Assembly (NCBI RefSeq): GCF_028368995.1
Contig: NZ_JAQNDL010000001.1
Span: forward strand, 544,001 to 608,000
Length of the DNA stretch: 64,000 bases
Direction: 5' to 3'
Source of the DNA: Nannocystis bainbridge
Lineage (GTDB): Bacteria > Myxococcota_A > Polyangia > Nannocystales > Nannocystaceae
Made by a program: the position numbers and the translations under genes. How positions within the stretch are numbered: the first letter of the stretch is position 1; each line of letters opens with the position of its first letter. A model generated the notes under the pieces. It did not search any database. It had not been told where the DNA came from and was given only the letters and a program-made list of their open reading frames with translations. Below are positions 9,990 to 23,704 of this stretch, one piece after another.

Positions 9990-11825
9990 ATGACGATCGC
10001 CGCCAGCGAGCCCGCCATCTCGGTGTTGATGCCGACCTTCGGCCACGCCCGCTTCGTGCCCGCCGCGCTCGCCAGCTTGCTGGCGCAGGAGCGAACCGAC
10101 TGGGAGCTCGTCATCGTCGACGACGCCTCCCCCGACGACACCGCGGTGGTCGTCGCGCCCTACCTCGCCGACCGGCGGATCCGCTACGAGCGCTTGCCCG
10201 CCAACCTCGGCCTCGGCGCCGCGCTCAACGTCGCCAGCGACCTGGCCCGCGCGCCCCGGCTGGCCTACCTGCCCTCCGACGACCGCTACGACCCCGATCA
10301 CCTCGGCTCGCTGGCGGCCCGGCTCGACGCCGACCCGGCGGCCGTGCTCGCCTATTCGGGCGTCCGCCATCACTACAACCGCCGCGCCGACGGGGCCGTC
10401 GACGGCCATTGTCTACAGTTGGTCCAGGTGATGCATCGGCGCACCGCCGCGCGCTGGCTGGAGCGCGCCGATCTGGTCACCGACGACCTCGGGCGCATGC
10501 TGTGGGACCGCCTGCTGCGCGACGGCCCCGCGGTGGCGACCGGGCGCGCCACCTGCGAATGGGTCGACCACCCGGGGCAATTGCACAAGCTCTTGCGCGA
10601 GCCGCTCGGAGGGCTCAACGCCTATCGCCAGCGCTTCGCCGTGCGCCACCCGCTCCGCTTTCACAGCAGCGTCGGCAACCCGATCGACGAGGTCGAGCAC
10701 TACCGCCGCGCCCGCGAGCGGCCATCGACGCCGCGGGCGCGCGATGGCCTGACGATCCTGCTGGTCGGCGAGCTGGCCTACAACGCCGATCGCGTGCTCG
10801 CGCTCGAGGAGCGCGGGCACTCGCTGTACGGCCTGTGGATGAGCGATCCGCACTGGTACAACACCGTCGGGCCGCTGCCGTTCGGCCACGTGCGCGACCT
10901 GCCGCGCGACGACTGGCGGACGATGATCGCCGCGCTCCGGCCCGACGTGATCTACGCCCAGCTCAACTGGCAAGCGGTGCCGTTCGCCCGCGAGGTGCTG
11001 GCCGCCGACACCGGCGTGCCGTTCGTCTGGCACTTCAAGGAGGGGCCGTTCATCTGCCGCGAGCAGGGCAGCTGGGACGCGCTGATGCAGCTTCACACCC
11101 GCGCCGACGGCCTCGTGTATTCGAGCCCCGAGATGCGCGACTGGTTCGCCACGGTGTTGCCCGCCAGCGCCGCCGCCATCCCGTCGATCGTGCTCGACGG
11201 CGACCTGCCGCGGCGCGAATGGTTCGTCGAAACGACCACGCCGCGGCTGTCGCAGCGCGACGGGGCGATCCACACGGTCGTGCCCGGGCGGCCGATCGGC
11301 CTCCACCCGCGCCACATCGCCGAGCTGGCGGCGGAGGACGTGCACCTGCATTTTTACGGCGACTTCACCCACGGACAGTGGCGCGGCTGGATCGACCGCG
11401 CGCGCGCGGCGGCGCCGCGGCACCTGCACCTGCACCCGCACGTCGATCCGCGCCGGTGGGTCGAGGAGTTCTCGCGCTACGACGCCGGGTGGCTGCACTT
11501 CTTCGCCAGCCGCAACGGCGGCGACGTCGGCCGCGCCGACTGGGACGACCTCAACATCCCGGCCCGCGCCAGCACCCTCGCGGCCGCCGGGCTGCCGATG
11601 ATCCAGCGCGACAACGACGGCGCCTGCGTGGCCACCCAAAACCTGGCCCGCCAGCTCGGTGTCGGCCTGTTCGCCCGCGACATGGCCGAGCTCGGGGCCC
11701 GGCTGCGCGACCGGCCCGGCATGGACGCGGTGCGCGAGCGGGTCTGGCAGCGGCGCGACGTCTTCACCTTCGATCACCACGCCGATCGCCTCGTGGAATT
11801 CTTCACCGCGGTCGCCCGCCGCTAG
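9990..11825 (+). CDS. Two-domain glycosyltransferase (GT2 N-terminus + GT-B-like C-terminus)
   Basis: GGAGG RBS; SVLMPTF, IVDDASPD, YLPSDD; second domain with ILLVGELAY...AAAGLPMI. Confidence 0.85.
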   Translation: MTIAASEPAISVLMPTFGHARFVPAALASLLAQERTDWELVIVDDASPDDTAVVVAPYLADRRIRYERLPANLGLGAALNVASDLARAPRLAYLPSDDRYDPDHLGSLAARLDADPAAVLAYSGVRHHYNRRADGAVDGHCLQLVQVMHRRTAARWLERADLVTDDLGRMLWDRLLRDGPAVATGRATCEWVDHPGQLHKLLREPLGGLNAYRQRFAVRHPLRFHSSVGNPIDEVEHYRRARERPSTPRARDGLTILLVGELAYNADRVLALEERGHSLYGLWMSDPHWYNTVGPLPFGHVRDLPRDDWRTMIAALRPDVIYAQLNWQAVPFAREVLAADTGVPFVWHFKEGPFICREQGSWDALMQLHTRADGLVYSSPEMRDWFATVLPASAAAIPSIVLDGDLPRREWFVETTTPRLSQRDGAIHTVVPGRPIGLHPRHIAELAAEDVHLHFYGDFTHGQWRGWIDRARAAAPRHLHLHPHVDPRRWVEEFSRYDAGWLHFFASRNGGDVGRADWDDLNIPARASTLAAAGLPMIQRDNDGACVATQNLARQLGVGLFARDMAELGARLRDRPGMDAVRERVWQRRDVFTFDHHADRLVEFFTAVARR

Positions 11826-11919
11826 GAGCCTGCCTGAGAAACGCGCGGGCGAAGGCGCGGGGCCGTGGGGATCTGGTTGACGGCGGGCTCGGAGCGGCGG
11901 AGCGGGTCCCTTGTATGTT

Positions 11920-13296
<1,377 letters not shown>

Positions 13297-14337
13297 CGCC
13301 GCAACACAACTGCTCGCTACGGCGGGGCCCTCCCAGGCGACGTGCTCGTCGCCCTCGACTACGAGAGACATCTGTCCTTAAGAACAGAAGTGTCTCGTGC
13401 ACCACGGACGATGGCTCCTGCGCGCGGTTGCCTGCGGCCCGTCCCGCCTGCGTACCCGCAGAACGCCCCAAACCCGCCCCTGTCGTTTCCTGGCCCAATT
13501 CGGCGTTCTGCGGGGATTTCGGAACCGGACCGAACCGGACCGAGCCGGCTCTGTTTGCAAACCGAACGCAACCGCGCGCTCGCGGAAGAACCTGGTGACC
13601 GAGAACCTCCCGGTTACGCCCACTACGTCCGAGACCTGGTGTCAGGGCCACTGCGGGTCGACACTCCTTCGAGCGCCGGCCCTCGGCGTGCGCGGCGACC
13701 CGCGGGAACACGCGCGGCGAAACGTGTCCACGAAACGCGTCGGCAAAGCACGACGGCAAATTTTCGCCAATCGCTACCGGCGCCAACATATTAACCTGTC
13801 TCGAAGGGCAAAGGCAGTAGCCTCGGCCGTAGCGCATCTGACTCTCGCAGCGAACAGGAGCACGTCGCCGCGGCTCGCGCGCCTCCAACTCGGGCCGGCC
13901 GGCCAACTCCCGCTTGAGCCAGGCCAGGTGGTCCGCCCGTACCGCCTGGTGCAGTGGCACAGACGCCGTTGCCTCACCGCCGCCGCTGCAAGCCCGACGG
14001 TCGTGAGCGCCGGTGGTGGCATGGCACCGGTGGTCCCGTGCCTCCCGGCCGCTCGGGACCTCGCGGAGTCCTGACAGAACGTTTCACGCGGGTTGATACG
14101 AGTATCGACGACACGCACGTGCGGTGGGCTTCTTGATGAGAATGCAACTCGCTCGCAGCCGACTCGCCCGCCGATCTCGCAGCGGTGATCGACGAGCTCG
14201 CGCGGGCCGCCGCAGGGGTCCTGTGGGTCAGCGAGGCAGTGCCGTCAGGGCCGCGGCGCTGGTCGCCGCGGCGCTGGCGATGGACGTCTCCCTCGCAGCC
14301 AAAGCGTTCGACCCCGTTCCCCCCGGCGACACCGAGT

Positions 14338-15348
14338 TCAAGGCTTCGTCTGCTGGGAGCGCAACACAGCTAGTGTGTCCTTGAGCACCTGTTCCAAACT
14401 GGCCAGTGGTGCCTTGGGTGACGCACCAAAGTCTACAGAATGGCTTGCGAACAGCTTCGACAATTTTTCAAGCGATTGCTCAGGCGAATGATGCCGCACA
14501 AACATCGCGTCGGCCAGCGATTCGCATGCATTGGCAAGACGGGAATTATATCTGTACAACGACACCAGAATTTGAACCAAGAACACCAACATGAGCACGA
14601 TGCCGACTCGCGTCGAAAGCGTTGTAATAAGGTATGTCTCCAAGCGACTCTCCGATTGAAACGCGGTGCTTTTCTGCAATTCAGCGAACCCTTCAATGAG
14701 CTTGTCAGCCTGAGCCTTTTGCGCCTCACACACGGATGCTGCGACGACCCACGGCCTATCGGCATACTCGTCACTAAGGAGCAGACCCTTCTTTTCATAA
14801 TCACGCAACCCCTTAAAGGTCAGGCTGACCTTCTCCCTCTCCTTTTCCTGAAACGGCAAACCTGCCTGGAAAGCGGCATGAGATTCATTAAGCACAGAGG
14901 TTGCCTGCCGCATCCGTTTTTCGATCTCCGCGAGCGCCCCAAACGAGTCCGCCCGTACGAAGATCCAGATAGCGATGCCAATCGAAGAGACGATAGCAAG
15001 GAGTATGAACCAACTTTGCGTGCGAAGCCCCCTGGCACGGCGACGGAGATGGGCCGCCAAGAAAACCATTTCAGCCGAATGCTCGCCCGGCCAGGAAGGG
15101 GCAGGAAAGGCATACAAGCCCAAACTAATGCTCGCACTCATACCCACAATGAGACATGCGAACCCCGGGAGTATCTTGTCGGCCTCTATCAGACTCACCG
15201 TGAAGATGAGCGAGACCACACCGATACACCAGCATATCACGGCCGTAGCGAGCCTGGATTCGGACGATGCGGGCTGCGTGCCGGATGAAGGAACTGTCCA
15301 ATGGGCCGCTATTTCTTCAGGATTAAAGCGGTGCTGTTGTTCAAGCAT
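14338..15348 (-). CDS. Hypothetical multi-pass membrane protein with a helical/coiled linker (low GC)
   Basis: Long ORF in AT-richer DNA; about four TM segments; C-terminal LVQILVSLYRYNSRLA. Start uncertain (ORF open to 15468). Confidence 0.7.
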   Translation of the reverse strand: MLEQQHRFNPEEIAAHWTVPSSGTQPASSESRLATAVICWCIGVVSLIFTVSLIEADKILPGFACLIVGMSASISLGLYAFPAPSWPGEHSAEMVFLAAHLRRRARGLRTQSWFILLAIVSSIGIAIWIFVRADSFGALAEIEKRMRQATSVLNESHAAFQAGLPFQEKEREKVSLTFKGLRDYEKKGLLLSDEYADRPWVVAASVCEAQKAQADKLIEGFAELQKSTAFQSESRLETYLITTLSTRVGIVLMLVFLVQILVSLYRYNSRLANACESLADAMFVRHHSPEQSLEKLSKLFASHSVDFGASPKAPLASLEQVLKDTLAVLRSQQTKP

Positions 15349-15833
15349 CGGAAGAGTGTACGCCGCTCCGAGGCTTCTTCGCATAGACTCGCATTTGCGG
15401 ACTCTACGAAATTTAACCTTGTTCCCGAATGTGCCATGACCGCGCACAATCGCACGGCGCCGGCGCAAAGACGCGGGCGGCGTCGCTGAGTGCTCGCTCA
15501 GTGGGCCGAATTAGTCACCGGAAAGGCCGAGGGTTGATACTGAGGCGTGCCGGGGTGCTGATGGTGGAAGCGCAAGCCCGTTGATGATCGCGCCGACGCC
15601 GCGGTCGAGGGGCTCCTCAGGATCGGCAGCGACGTGCTGGATCTCGGCGAGCACGACCTTTGGGCCCACATCGATTGCCAAGGTCAACTGCGTAGGTGCG
15701 TCAGGGCAACGGGCGAACTCCGCACGGCGCGTGGTCAGCAACGAGTGCAGGGCCGTGCGCGTCGACAGGCTTGACGTGGAGGGCACATCAGTCTTGACGG
15801 GGATCAACGGCGCATCCATGACGGAGCTCGAGG

Positions 15834-16661
15834 GTGCTCTGCAATACCGGCCAGCACAGGGCTCGATTTCGAGTGTTCCGGCTCCCTCTCCGGTCCGATC
15901 GGGACCGGTGGTGTTGGCGTGGGGGGCGTGGAAGTCACCTGGAGCGCCGGCGTTCGCTAGCCCGCGCGAGGTGCTCGCCGGCGCAGCTCGGTGGACGGCC
16001 GAGCTACTCGGCCCGGCTCGAGTTCACCCTGGGCAACGAGGGGACCCAGAAAATCTCGCTGCAGGACCCGATGGTGCCCGAGGATGGCGAGTCGCTGCTG
16101 AGCCTACTCATCTCGCAAGGGCCGACTCGGGAGGTCCCCTCCCCGACACCGAAGCACGTCACCATCACGCCCCACATGCTCTCGCGGCTCGACCAGGCCC
16201 AGCCCCACGCCAGAAGGCCGCCGGGCTCGCACCTCGAGCTCGCGCCGGGTGAGTCGGTGCGGTTCGCCGCCACACCATCGGCCTACCTGTCGCCGACCGA
16301 GCACCGAGCCGTCCTGCTCGTCGACACGGGAGAGTGCCCCCGGGAGAGTGCCCCCAGCGGCCAACCGATCACGAGTTCGGCGTTCTCACCGTCGATATGC
16401 CGTCCCTTCGCATTGTCCATCGATAAATCCTTCAATCGTAGAGAGGTGGCGAATGCATTGCCACCCCATGCGGAAGGAATAGCCCCATTTGAAATTCGTG
16501 TCGGCTTGCGCGGAGGCGGTTGCGGTTGGCGGAACCGGCTGTCGCCGCGCCAAGCGCGCACAGAGCGGGGAAGTAACCGCACGCGCGCAATCGCGCTCTG
16601 CGCGACACCCGTCTGGCCACGTTCGCCCGCTCCGTGGTATGGTAAACCCTCACGTTCATGA
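15834..16661 (+). pseudogene. Possible degraded hypothetical gene
   Basis: The middle part (LEFTLGNEG...LELAPGESVRF...VLLVDTG) looks protein-like; the ends do not. Confidence 0.25.
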
Positions 16662-18460
16662 CGCCGACCTTGACCATCGAGAAGGCCCTACACAGGCACC
16701 AGCGCGCGAACGCGCATAGGGCTGGACACGATTTCTTCACAAAGTATTTTCTGCTGCGTGAGCGACTGACGAAGGTCGAATATGCGCAGGCGATGCAGGG
16801 TTTTGCAGGAGGCAACGATCACGGACCGCAGCACATCTTTCGAGTGTTGGGATATCTCGACGCTCTACTCGGTAAAAACCCTACAAAGGTGCTTAATGTC
16901 TACGAATTATTTCTCGCAATGATGGCGGTGTTGTATCACGATGTAGGCATTTTGCTTGGACGGGAGCAGCACGCAGAGAAAAGCGCGTACCTGCTATCGC
17001 TGGAGCGGAATGACTACGTTTTCGACGCGCTTGACAAGGAGTACATGTCGATCGCGGTGCGTGACCACTCCAGCTCTCAGCTGATTGAGGAGGACTGCAA
17101 GAAATACCCTGATGAATTCAAAGTTCGAGAACACACCTTGCGAATCCGTCGAGTTGCGGCACTGGTACGTCTCGCTGACGAAATTGACGAAGACGCACAG
17201 CGCGCCCCCGCGGATCTTGAGGCAAAAATGCAATTGCCGGAGGCCTCTCGATTTTTCTGGGCTTTTAATCAAAGAGTCCTGGGCGTCGCACCCGACCCCA
17301 ATCGAAAGCACATCGCCATTACCATGCAGTTCCGACCCGAGGATGTGACGACGAACTTTCCTCTTCCCGGCAAAGAGCCACAGCCATTCGTCCGCTTGGC
17401 AATCGAGAAAATTTTGAAGATCAACAAGGAACGGGTCTACTGCAACCGCTTCTTGCCAGACAATGCGCAGTACACACGACTCGAGCTAACGCTGCTGCCC
17501 CTAAAGATTGATTCGTCGTGGACGACCCCATCGGTTCACACCCTCAGCGACGCTACGACATTCGAGGAGTTATGGGCTCATCTCCCTGCGGATCTTCTTC
17601 CTCAGCAAAAAAATACACCGGCATCAATTGTTGAGGCCCGGCTCCTTCCGGCCGTGGCCCATGGCGAAATCGTCGGAGAGGAAGAGTTCAAGCGACTCTA
17701 CGATTTGATCCAAAATTTGGAAGACGAGCTTTCCATCGAGGGTACTATCGACACGAGACTTCGACATGGTGAGAACGTTACCGAAGAGCATATGAACAAG
17801 ATCTTGAGAGCAATCTCAGGAGTTCGGCGAGCGCTCGGATTGCCTATCACCTGGAGAAATTGGCCTGTGGGCCCAACACGACTCGTCACAGCTGATGCGT
17901 TCAACGAGATCCTCGCTTCCATAAACCAGGCGGCAAAAGCCGCGGCGGTGAAGCGAGGAAAAGCGACCTCAACTCAAATCGAGGAAAGCCCTGCACTGGA
18001 TCCCGACCGTGATCTGTCTCTCGATACTGTCACTGAGGCGATCCATCGTCAACTGGTCGAGTTCTTTGGATACGACGTGAGTATTATTTCGTTTGATGAG
18101 ATCGATGGCGTGAAGTATCTGGACGTCAGCATTATCAGCAAGGCGCGCACTCCTTACGAAGTTCAAACCGAAGTCCTCTTGTTCGCTAGGCACATTGGGC
18201 TTGTTCCGAAGGACGCCTTGGCGTACGTGTCGCTGAATCTGCTCCGCCCTCCCCAGGAGGAATACGTGCCAGACCTCTCAATCGCAGACGTTTCTCTACA
18301 AGCTCGGATCGCGCTTACCGATCTGCATGACTTTAGGGCCTCGAAGGTCACCGCAAAGCAGATCTGGGATAAGATTGGCTTTTTCGTTCCCGCTGCGCTG
18401 AATGAACTTAATCGCCCCGTTCTCCAGCAAGCCAAAATTCTTTTCTCTGGCGGAGTTTGA
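16658..18460 (+). CDS. HD-domain protein (HD-CE-like) with uncharacterised C-terminal domains
   Basis: NDHGPQHIFRV, AVLYHDVG, REQHAEKS, VRDH, LVRLADEID; low-GC codon usage. Confidence 0.85.
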   Translation: MTPTLTIEKALHRHQRANAHRAGHDFFTKYFLLRERLTKVEYAQAMQGFAGGNDHGPQHIFRVLGYLDALLGKNPTKVLNVYELFLAMMAVLYHDVGILLGREQHAEKSAYLLSLERNDYVFDALDKEYMSIAVRDHSSSQLIEEDCKKYPDEFKVREHTLRIRRVAALVRLADEIDEDAQRAPADLEAKMQLPEASRFFWAFNQRVLGVAPDPNRKHIAITMQFRPEDVTTNFPLPGKEPQPFVRLAIEKILKINKERVYCNRFLPDNAQYTRLELTLLPLKIDSSWTTPSVHTLSDATTFEELWAHLPADLLPQQKNTPASIVEARLLPAVAHGEIVGEEEFKRLYDLIQNLEDELSIEGTIDTRLRHGENVTEEHMNKILRAISGVRRALGLPITWRNWPVGPTRLVTADAFNEILASINQAAKAAAVKRGKATSTQIEESPALDPDRDLSLDTVTEAIHRQLVEFFGYDVSIISFDEIDGVKYLDVSIISKARTPYEVQTEVLLFARHIGLVPKDALAYVSLNLLRPPQEEYVPDLSIADVSLQARIALTDLHDFRASKVTAKQIWDKIGFFVPAALNELNRPVLQQAKILFSGGV

Positions 18461-18462
18461 GA

Positions 18463-19170
18463 ATGAGTCAGAATCGAGCATACGTCAGCATTGTTTCGCG
18501 TCAGGCGGGACAGTTGCGCTTCGAGATGGTTCAAGGGGATCCGTCGTTTAGATTGCACAAGTTTGGGACTACCTACAACACGACTAAGCTCCCGACTGCC
18601 GATTTCACCATTGCCGGACGAAAATTGTCGACAGGCCGGTTCGATATCGAACAAATTGAGATTGGTGACAAGATCACGGCAGGAGTGAAGACTGCCCAAG
18701 ACACAGATTTCAGGCTCTGCTTCACTGGGGAGGTCGCCCACACCGAATTGATACAAACATCTCCGGAGGATGCAGACCTCATGGTTCATGGGGTGCATCC
18801 GTTTTGGCGGTGGACGGAGGGCGTGATCTCGATGCCTGAACGGTCCGGGGAACGCCATTTAAAGGATGTCTTGGACCAAATGGCTCAATCGGCTGGTCTT
18901 GGCAAAAATTCAGTTGTTGTTTCCGAGGCCGCTGATGTTACTTTGACCAGAGTACAGGCATCTCGGATTCCTGCGTTCCATTTGGTGAAGTTCCTGTTTT
19001 TGAAGTACGGTCTTTACGGTATGTTCGAGCTTGATGGGACCCTGTCGGTGCGCACGTATGAGGAAGAGTTGCAATTGTTTCTGACGACACCGCCGGTTGA
19101 GATCGGTGGCGACAATCTTCGATATCCGCTTCGGCGGATGAAGGGGCGTCGCCACGATGAGAAGCTGTGA
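18463..19170 (+). CDS. Hypothetical protein resembling phage baseplate hub / late-control D (gp27-like)
   Basis: Starts 2 bp after the HD gene stop; pattern FTGEV...MVHGVH...DVLDQMAQSAGL...Q...FHLVKFLFLKYG...DGTLSV. Confidence 0.55.
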   Translation: MSQNRAYVSIVSRQAGQLRFEMVQGDPSFRLHKFGTTYNTTKLPTADFTIAGRKLSTGRFDIEQIEIGDKITAGVKTAQDTDFRLCFTGEVAHTELIQTSPEDADLMVHGVHPFWRWTEGVISMPERSGERHLKDVLDQMAQSAGLGKNSVVVSEAADVTLTRVQASRIPAFHLVKFLFLKYGLYGMFELDGTLSVRTYEEELQLFLTTPPVEIGGDNLRYPLRRMKGRRHDEKL

Positions 19171-19317
19171 GTTCTAGTACCGTTGGCTCTCCTCATCCAT
19201 CGGGCTCAAACCTCAACAACCCCCGCGAGGTCGAGCTGGTCGGCGACGCCTGCTCCAGAACGGTGAGGTCCAGGTCTTTCGTGGAACGACAAGGCCGCCG
19301 CCAACCGGGTCTGCCGC

Positions 19318-19500
19318 ATGCAGACCAACGCCGATCTCGAGGCTTTCGGCCCTCACCGGATCCGGCACTCGGTCCTGTCCGTCCTCGCCAGGCGTGGGGT
19401 TTCGCCCTACGCGCTCCAGGCGTTCGCCAGGCATAAAAACCTGGAAACGACAATGAAATACTACATTCACCTGGAGAAGATCGCGCTTACCGCTCAGGCG
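19318..19500 (+). pseudogene. Tyrosine recombinase/integrase C-terminal fragment
   Basis: GPHRIRHS...LARRGVSPYALQAFARHKNLETTMKYYIH is box II (HxxR, H, catalytic Y). No N-terminal part is present. Confidence 0.85.
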
Positions 19501-20180
19501 GTCGACGGTCGACGCGCTCGATCTCGAGCGGGCGCTCACGCCCGCGAAGCCGGTTGCAAAGAAATTGCAACCCGACGCAAGCGGTCCCGACTTCCTGCAC
19601 TGAGGCAGGAATTCGGGCCAAGTGCTACTCCCCGCCTGCGTCCCACGCCGCCGCTCCGTGCCCGCCTGCGGAGAGCGTCGCCGGCCCCGCTTGTCGCCGT
19701 GCAAGGTTCGACGCTTGGCGCTCCGTGCCCGCCGTCACCCAGATCTTCAGGGCCCGCGTCTTCAGCCACGCGATTTCCTGGACAGGCTGCTAGCCGCCGG
19801 TTCCCCGCCCCCGAACGGCTCAGCCTGGCGTGCGCGACAGGGTCCGTGACGTCATGGCAGCTGCGGGCGCCCCGATGAGCCCGCCGCGTCGCGCGGGCAG
19901 CCTTTCAATCGTTCCAGGATCGGCCGCCTCGCTCCATGAACGAGCGCCCGAACCGTCGCTATCGCTGGATTGAACGGTCCGGAGGCTGGCTTCGGCATTC
20001 GCAGGCGGACCCGGAATCACCAGTACGCGCAGTGGCCGCCGGCTCTGTGCCTGGGCGCCCATGGGCGCCCAGAGGCACCCCACGGCCTCGTTCGGCCGAC
20101 TTGCGCGGCAGCGATGGGACCTTGCAGTAGCAGCAGGGGAGTCCCTAATATTTCGACTCCCCACGATCCCAGGATTTAGC

Positions 20181-21947
<1,767 letters not shown>

Positions 21948-21981
21948 CCCCATCTTCCCCCACTCCACGACGCGGACCCTC

Positions 21982-23505
21982 ATGACGACCCCCGCAACCG
22001 CTCGCACCCTCGCCCTGACAGCGCTCCTCTCGACGGCGCTCGCCGCCGGACCGGCGTCCGCCCAGGAGCCCGCCGCCGCCGCCTCCGCAGACGCGGCCGT
22101 GGCGGCCCCTGCAGCGCCCGCCGCCTCGACCGGCGCCCGCGCCAGCGACAATTCGACCCCGTGGATCAAGCGCTACCGACCGGTCCGCAATTCGTGGGAG
22201 CTCGGGATCTACGGCGGCGTCTTTTTGCCCTCGGCCCGCCACGAGTTCTACGAGCCGGACCTGCGCGTCGAGGGCTTCGGCTATCAACGCCTCGGCCGCG
22301 CCGGCGCCGACGTCGGCCTGCGCGTCGGCTACTACCCGCTGAGCTTCTTGGGCCTCGAGCTCGAGGGCGGCGTCATGCCGATGCGGGTGGCCGACGGCAG
22401 CTCGGCGACGCTCTACACCTTCCGCCCGGTCGCCGTGGCCCAGCTCCCGTACCGGATCGCGCCGTTCGTCCGCGTCGGCTTCGGCCTGCTCGGCATCAGC
22501 TCGCCGACGCTCGGCCGGGACATCGATCCGACCCTCAACATCGGCGGCGGCGTGAAGTTCTACGTCAATCGCCTGCTGGCGCTGCGCCTCGACATCGTCG
22601 ACAACGTCGCCACCGCGCGCGGCGTCGGCAACGCGCGCTCGAACAACCTCGAGGTCCTGCTCGGCCTGTCGCTCCGGCTCGGCAAGCACAAGGACACGGC
22701 CGCGCCCCTGAGGGACAGCGACGGCGACGGCCTCTACGATCCGGGCCAGGCCGGCGTCGCGGCGGCCGACGAGGACGCGTGCCCGCACGAGCCCGGCCCG
22801 CGCGAGAACCGGGGCTGCCCGCTGCGCGACAGCGACGGCGACGGCCTGTACGACCCCGGCCAGGGCGGGGTCGCGGCGGCCGACGAGGACGCGTGCCCGC
22901 AGGAGCCGGGCCCGCGCGAGAGCCAGGGCTGCCCGCTCATCGACACCGACAAGGACGGCCTCTTCGATCCGGGCCAGCCGGTGGCGGCCGCCGACATCGA
23001 CCTGTGCCCGAGCGAGCCGGGCCCGCGCGAGCTCAAGGGCTGCCCCGACCGCGATCAGGACCGGATCATCGACAAGCTCGACAAGTGCCCGGACCAGCCC
23101 GAGGTCTACAACCAGATCGCCGACAGCGACGGCTGCCCGGACGAGATCCCGAAGGCGGTCAAGAAGATCTCGGGGGTGCTCCAGGGCATCTACTTCGACG
23201 TCGACAAGGACTCGATCAAGCCGCGTTCGAAGCCGATCCTCGACAAGGCGATCAAGGTCCTCAAGGAGTACTCCGAGACGCGCTGGCGCATCGAGGGCCA
23301 CACCGACGCCGACGGCGACCGCGACCACAACATGGACCTCTCGCAGCGCCGCGCCGAGGCGGTCCGCACCTACCTCATCGAGCACGGGATCGACGCCGAG
23401 CGCCTGGTGCCCAAGGGCTTCGGCCCCGAGCAGCCGATCGACACCAACGCGACCGCCAAGGGCAAGGCCAAGAACCGCCGCATCGAGTTCAAGCTGATCG
23501 ATTGA
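21982..23505 (+). CDS. OmpA-family protein: beta-barrel + TSP3-like repeats + OmpA C-terminal domain
   Basis: Signal peptide; alternating barrel strands; DSDGDG..DACP repeats; IEGHTD, NMDLSQRRAEAV, NRRIEF. Confidence 0.92.
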   Translation: MTTPATARTLALTALLSTALAAGPASAQEPAAAASADAAVAAPAAPAASTGARASDNSTPWIKRYRPVRNSWELGIYGGVFLPSARHEFYEPDLRVEGFGYQRLGRAGADVGLRVGYYPLSFLGLELEGGVMPMRVADGSSATLYTFRPVAVAQLPYRIAPFVRVGFGLLGISSPTLGRDIDPTLNIGGGVKFYVNRLLALRLDIVDNVATARGVGNARSNNLEVLLGLSLRLGKHKDTAAPLRDSDGDGLYDPGQAGVAAADEDACPHEPGPRENRGCPLRDSDGDGLYDPGQGGVAAADEDACPQEPGPRESQGCPLIDTDKDGLFDPGQPVAAADIDLCPSEPGPRELKGCPDRDQDRIIDKLDKCPDQPEVYNQIADSDGCPDEIPKAVKKISGVLQGIYFDVDKDSIKPRSKPILDKAIKVLKEYSETRWRIEGHTDADGDRDHNMDLSQRRAEAVRTYLIEHGIDAERLVPKGFGPEQPIDTNATAKGKAKNRRIEFKLID

Positions 23506-23704
23506 TCGGCCGGCGATGCGGGCCCGCTCGGCGAGCCCGCAGTGCACGGGCTCGCGGGCGGCGCTCGCGAGCCCGTCCGTTTGAGGACAGCCCGCGCGTG
23601 CGGGCCGTCCGAAATGCTCGATCCTGCTGCGCGCGCAGGTTCGAGCCGGCGAAATCCAGCGCCGGCGCCGACGCCGGTGGTACATCTGTTTTCAGATCGC
23701 GAGC

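Noticed and set aside
18463-19500. Prophage
   Set aside because: Only one hub-like gene and an integrase fragment; no capsid, terminase or tail genes.
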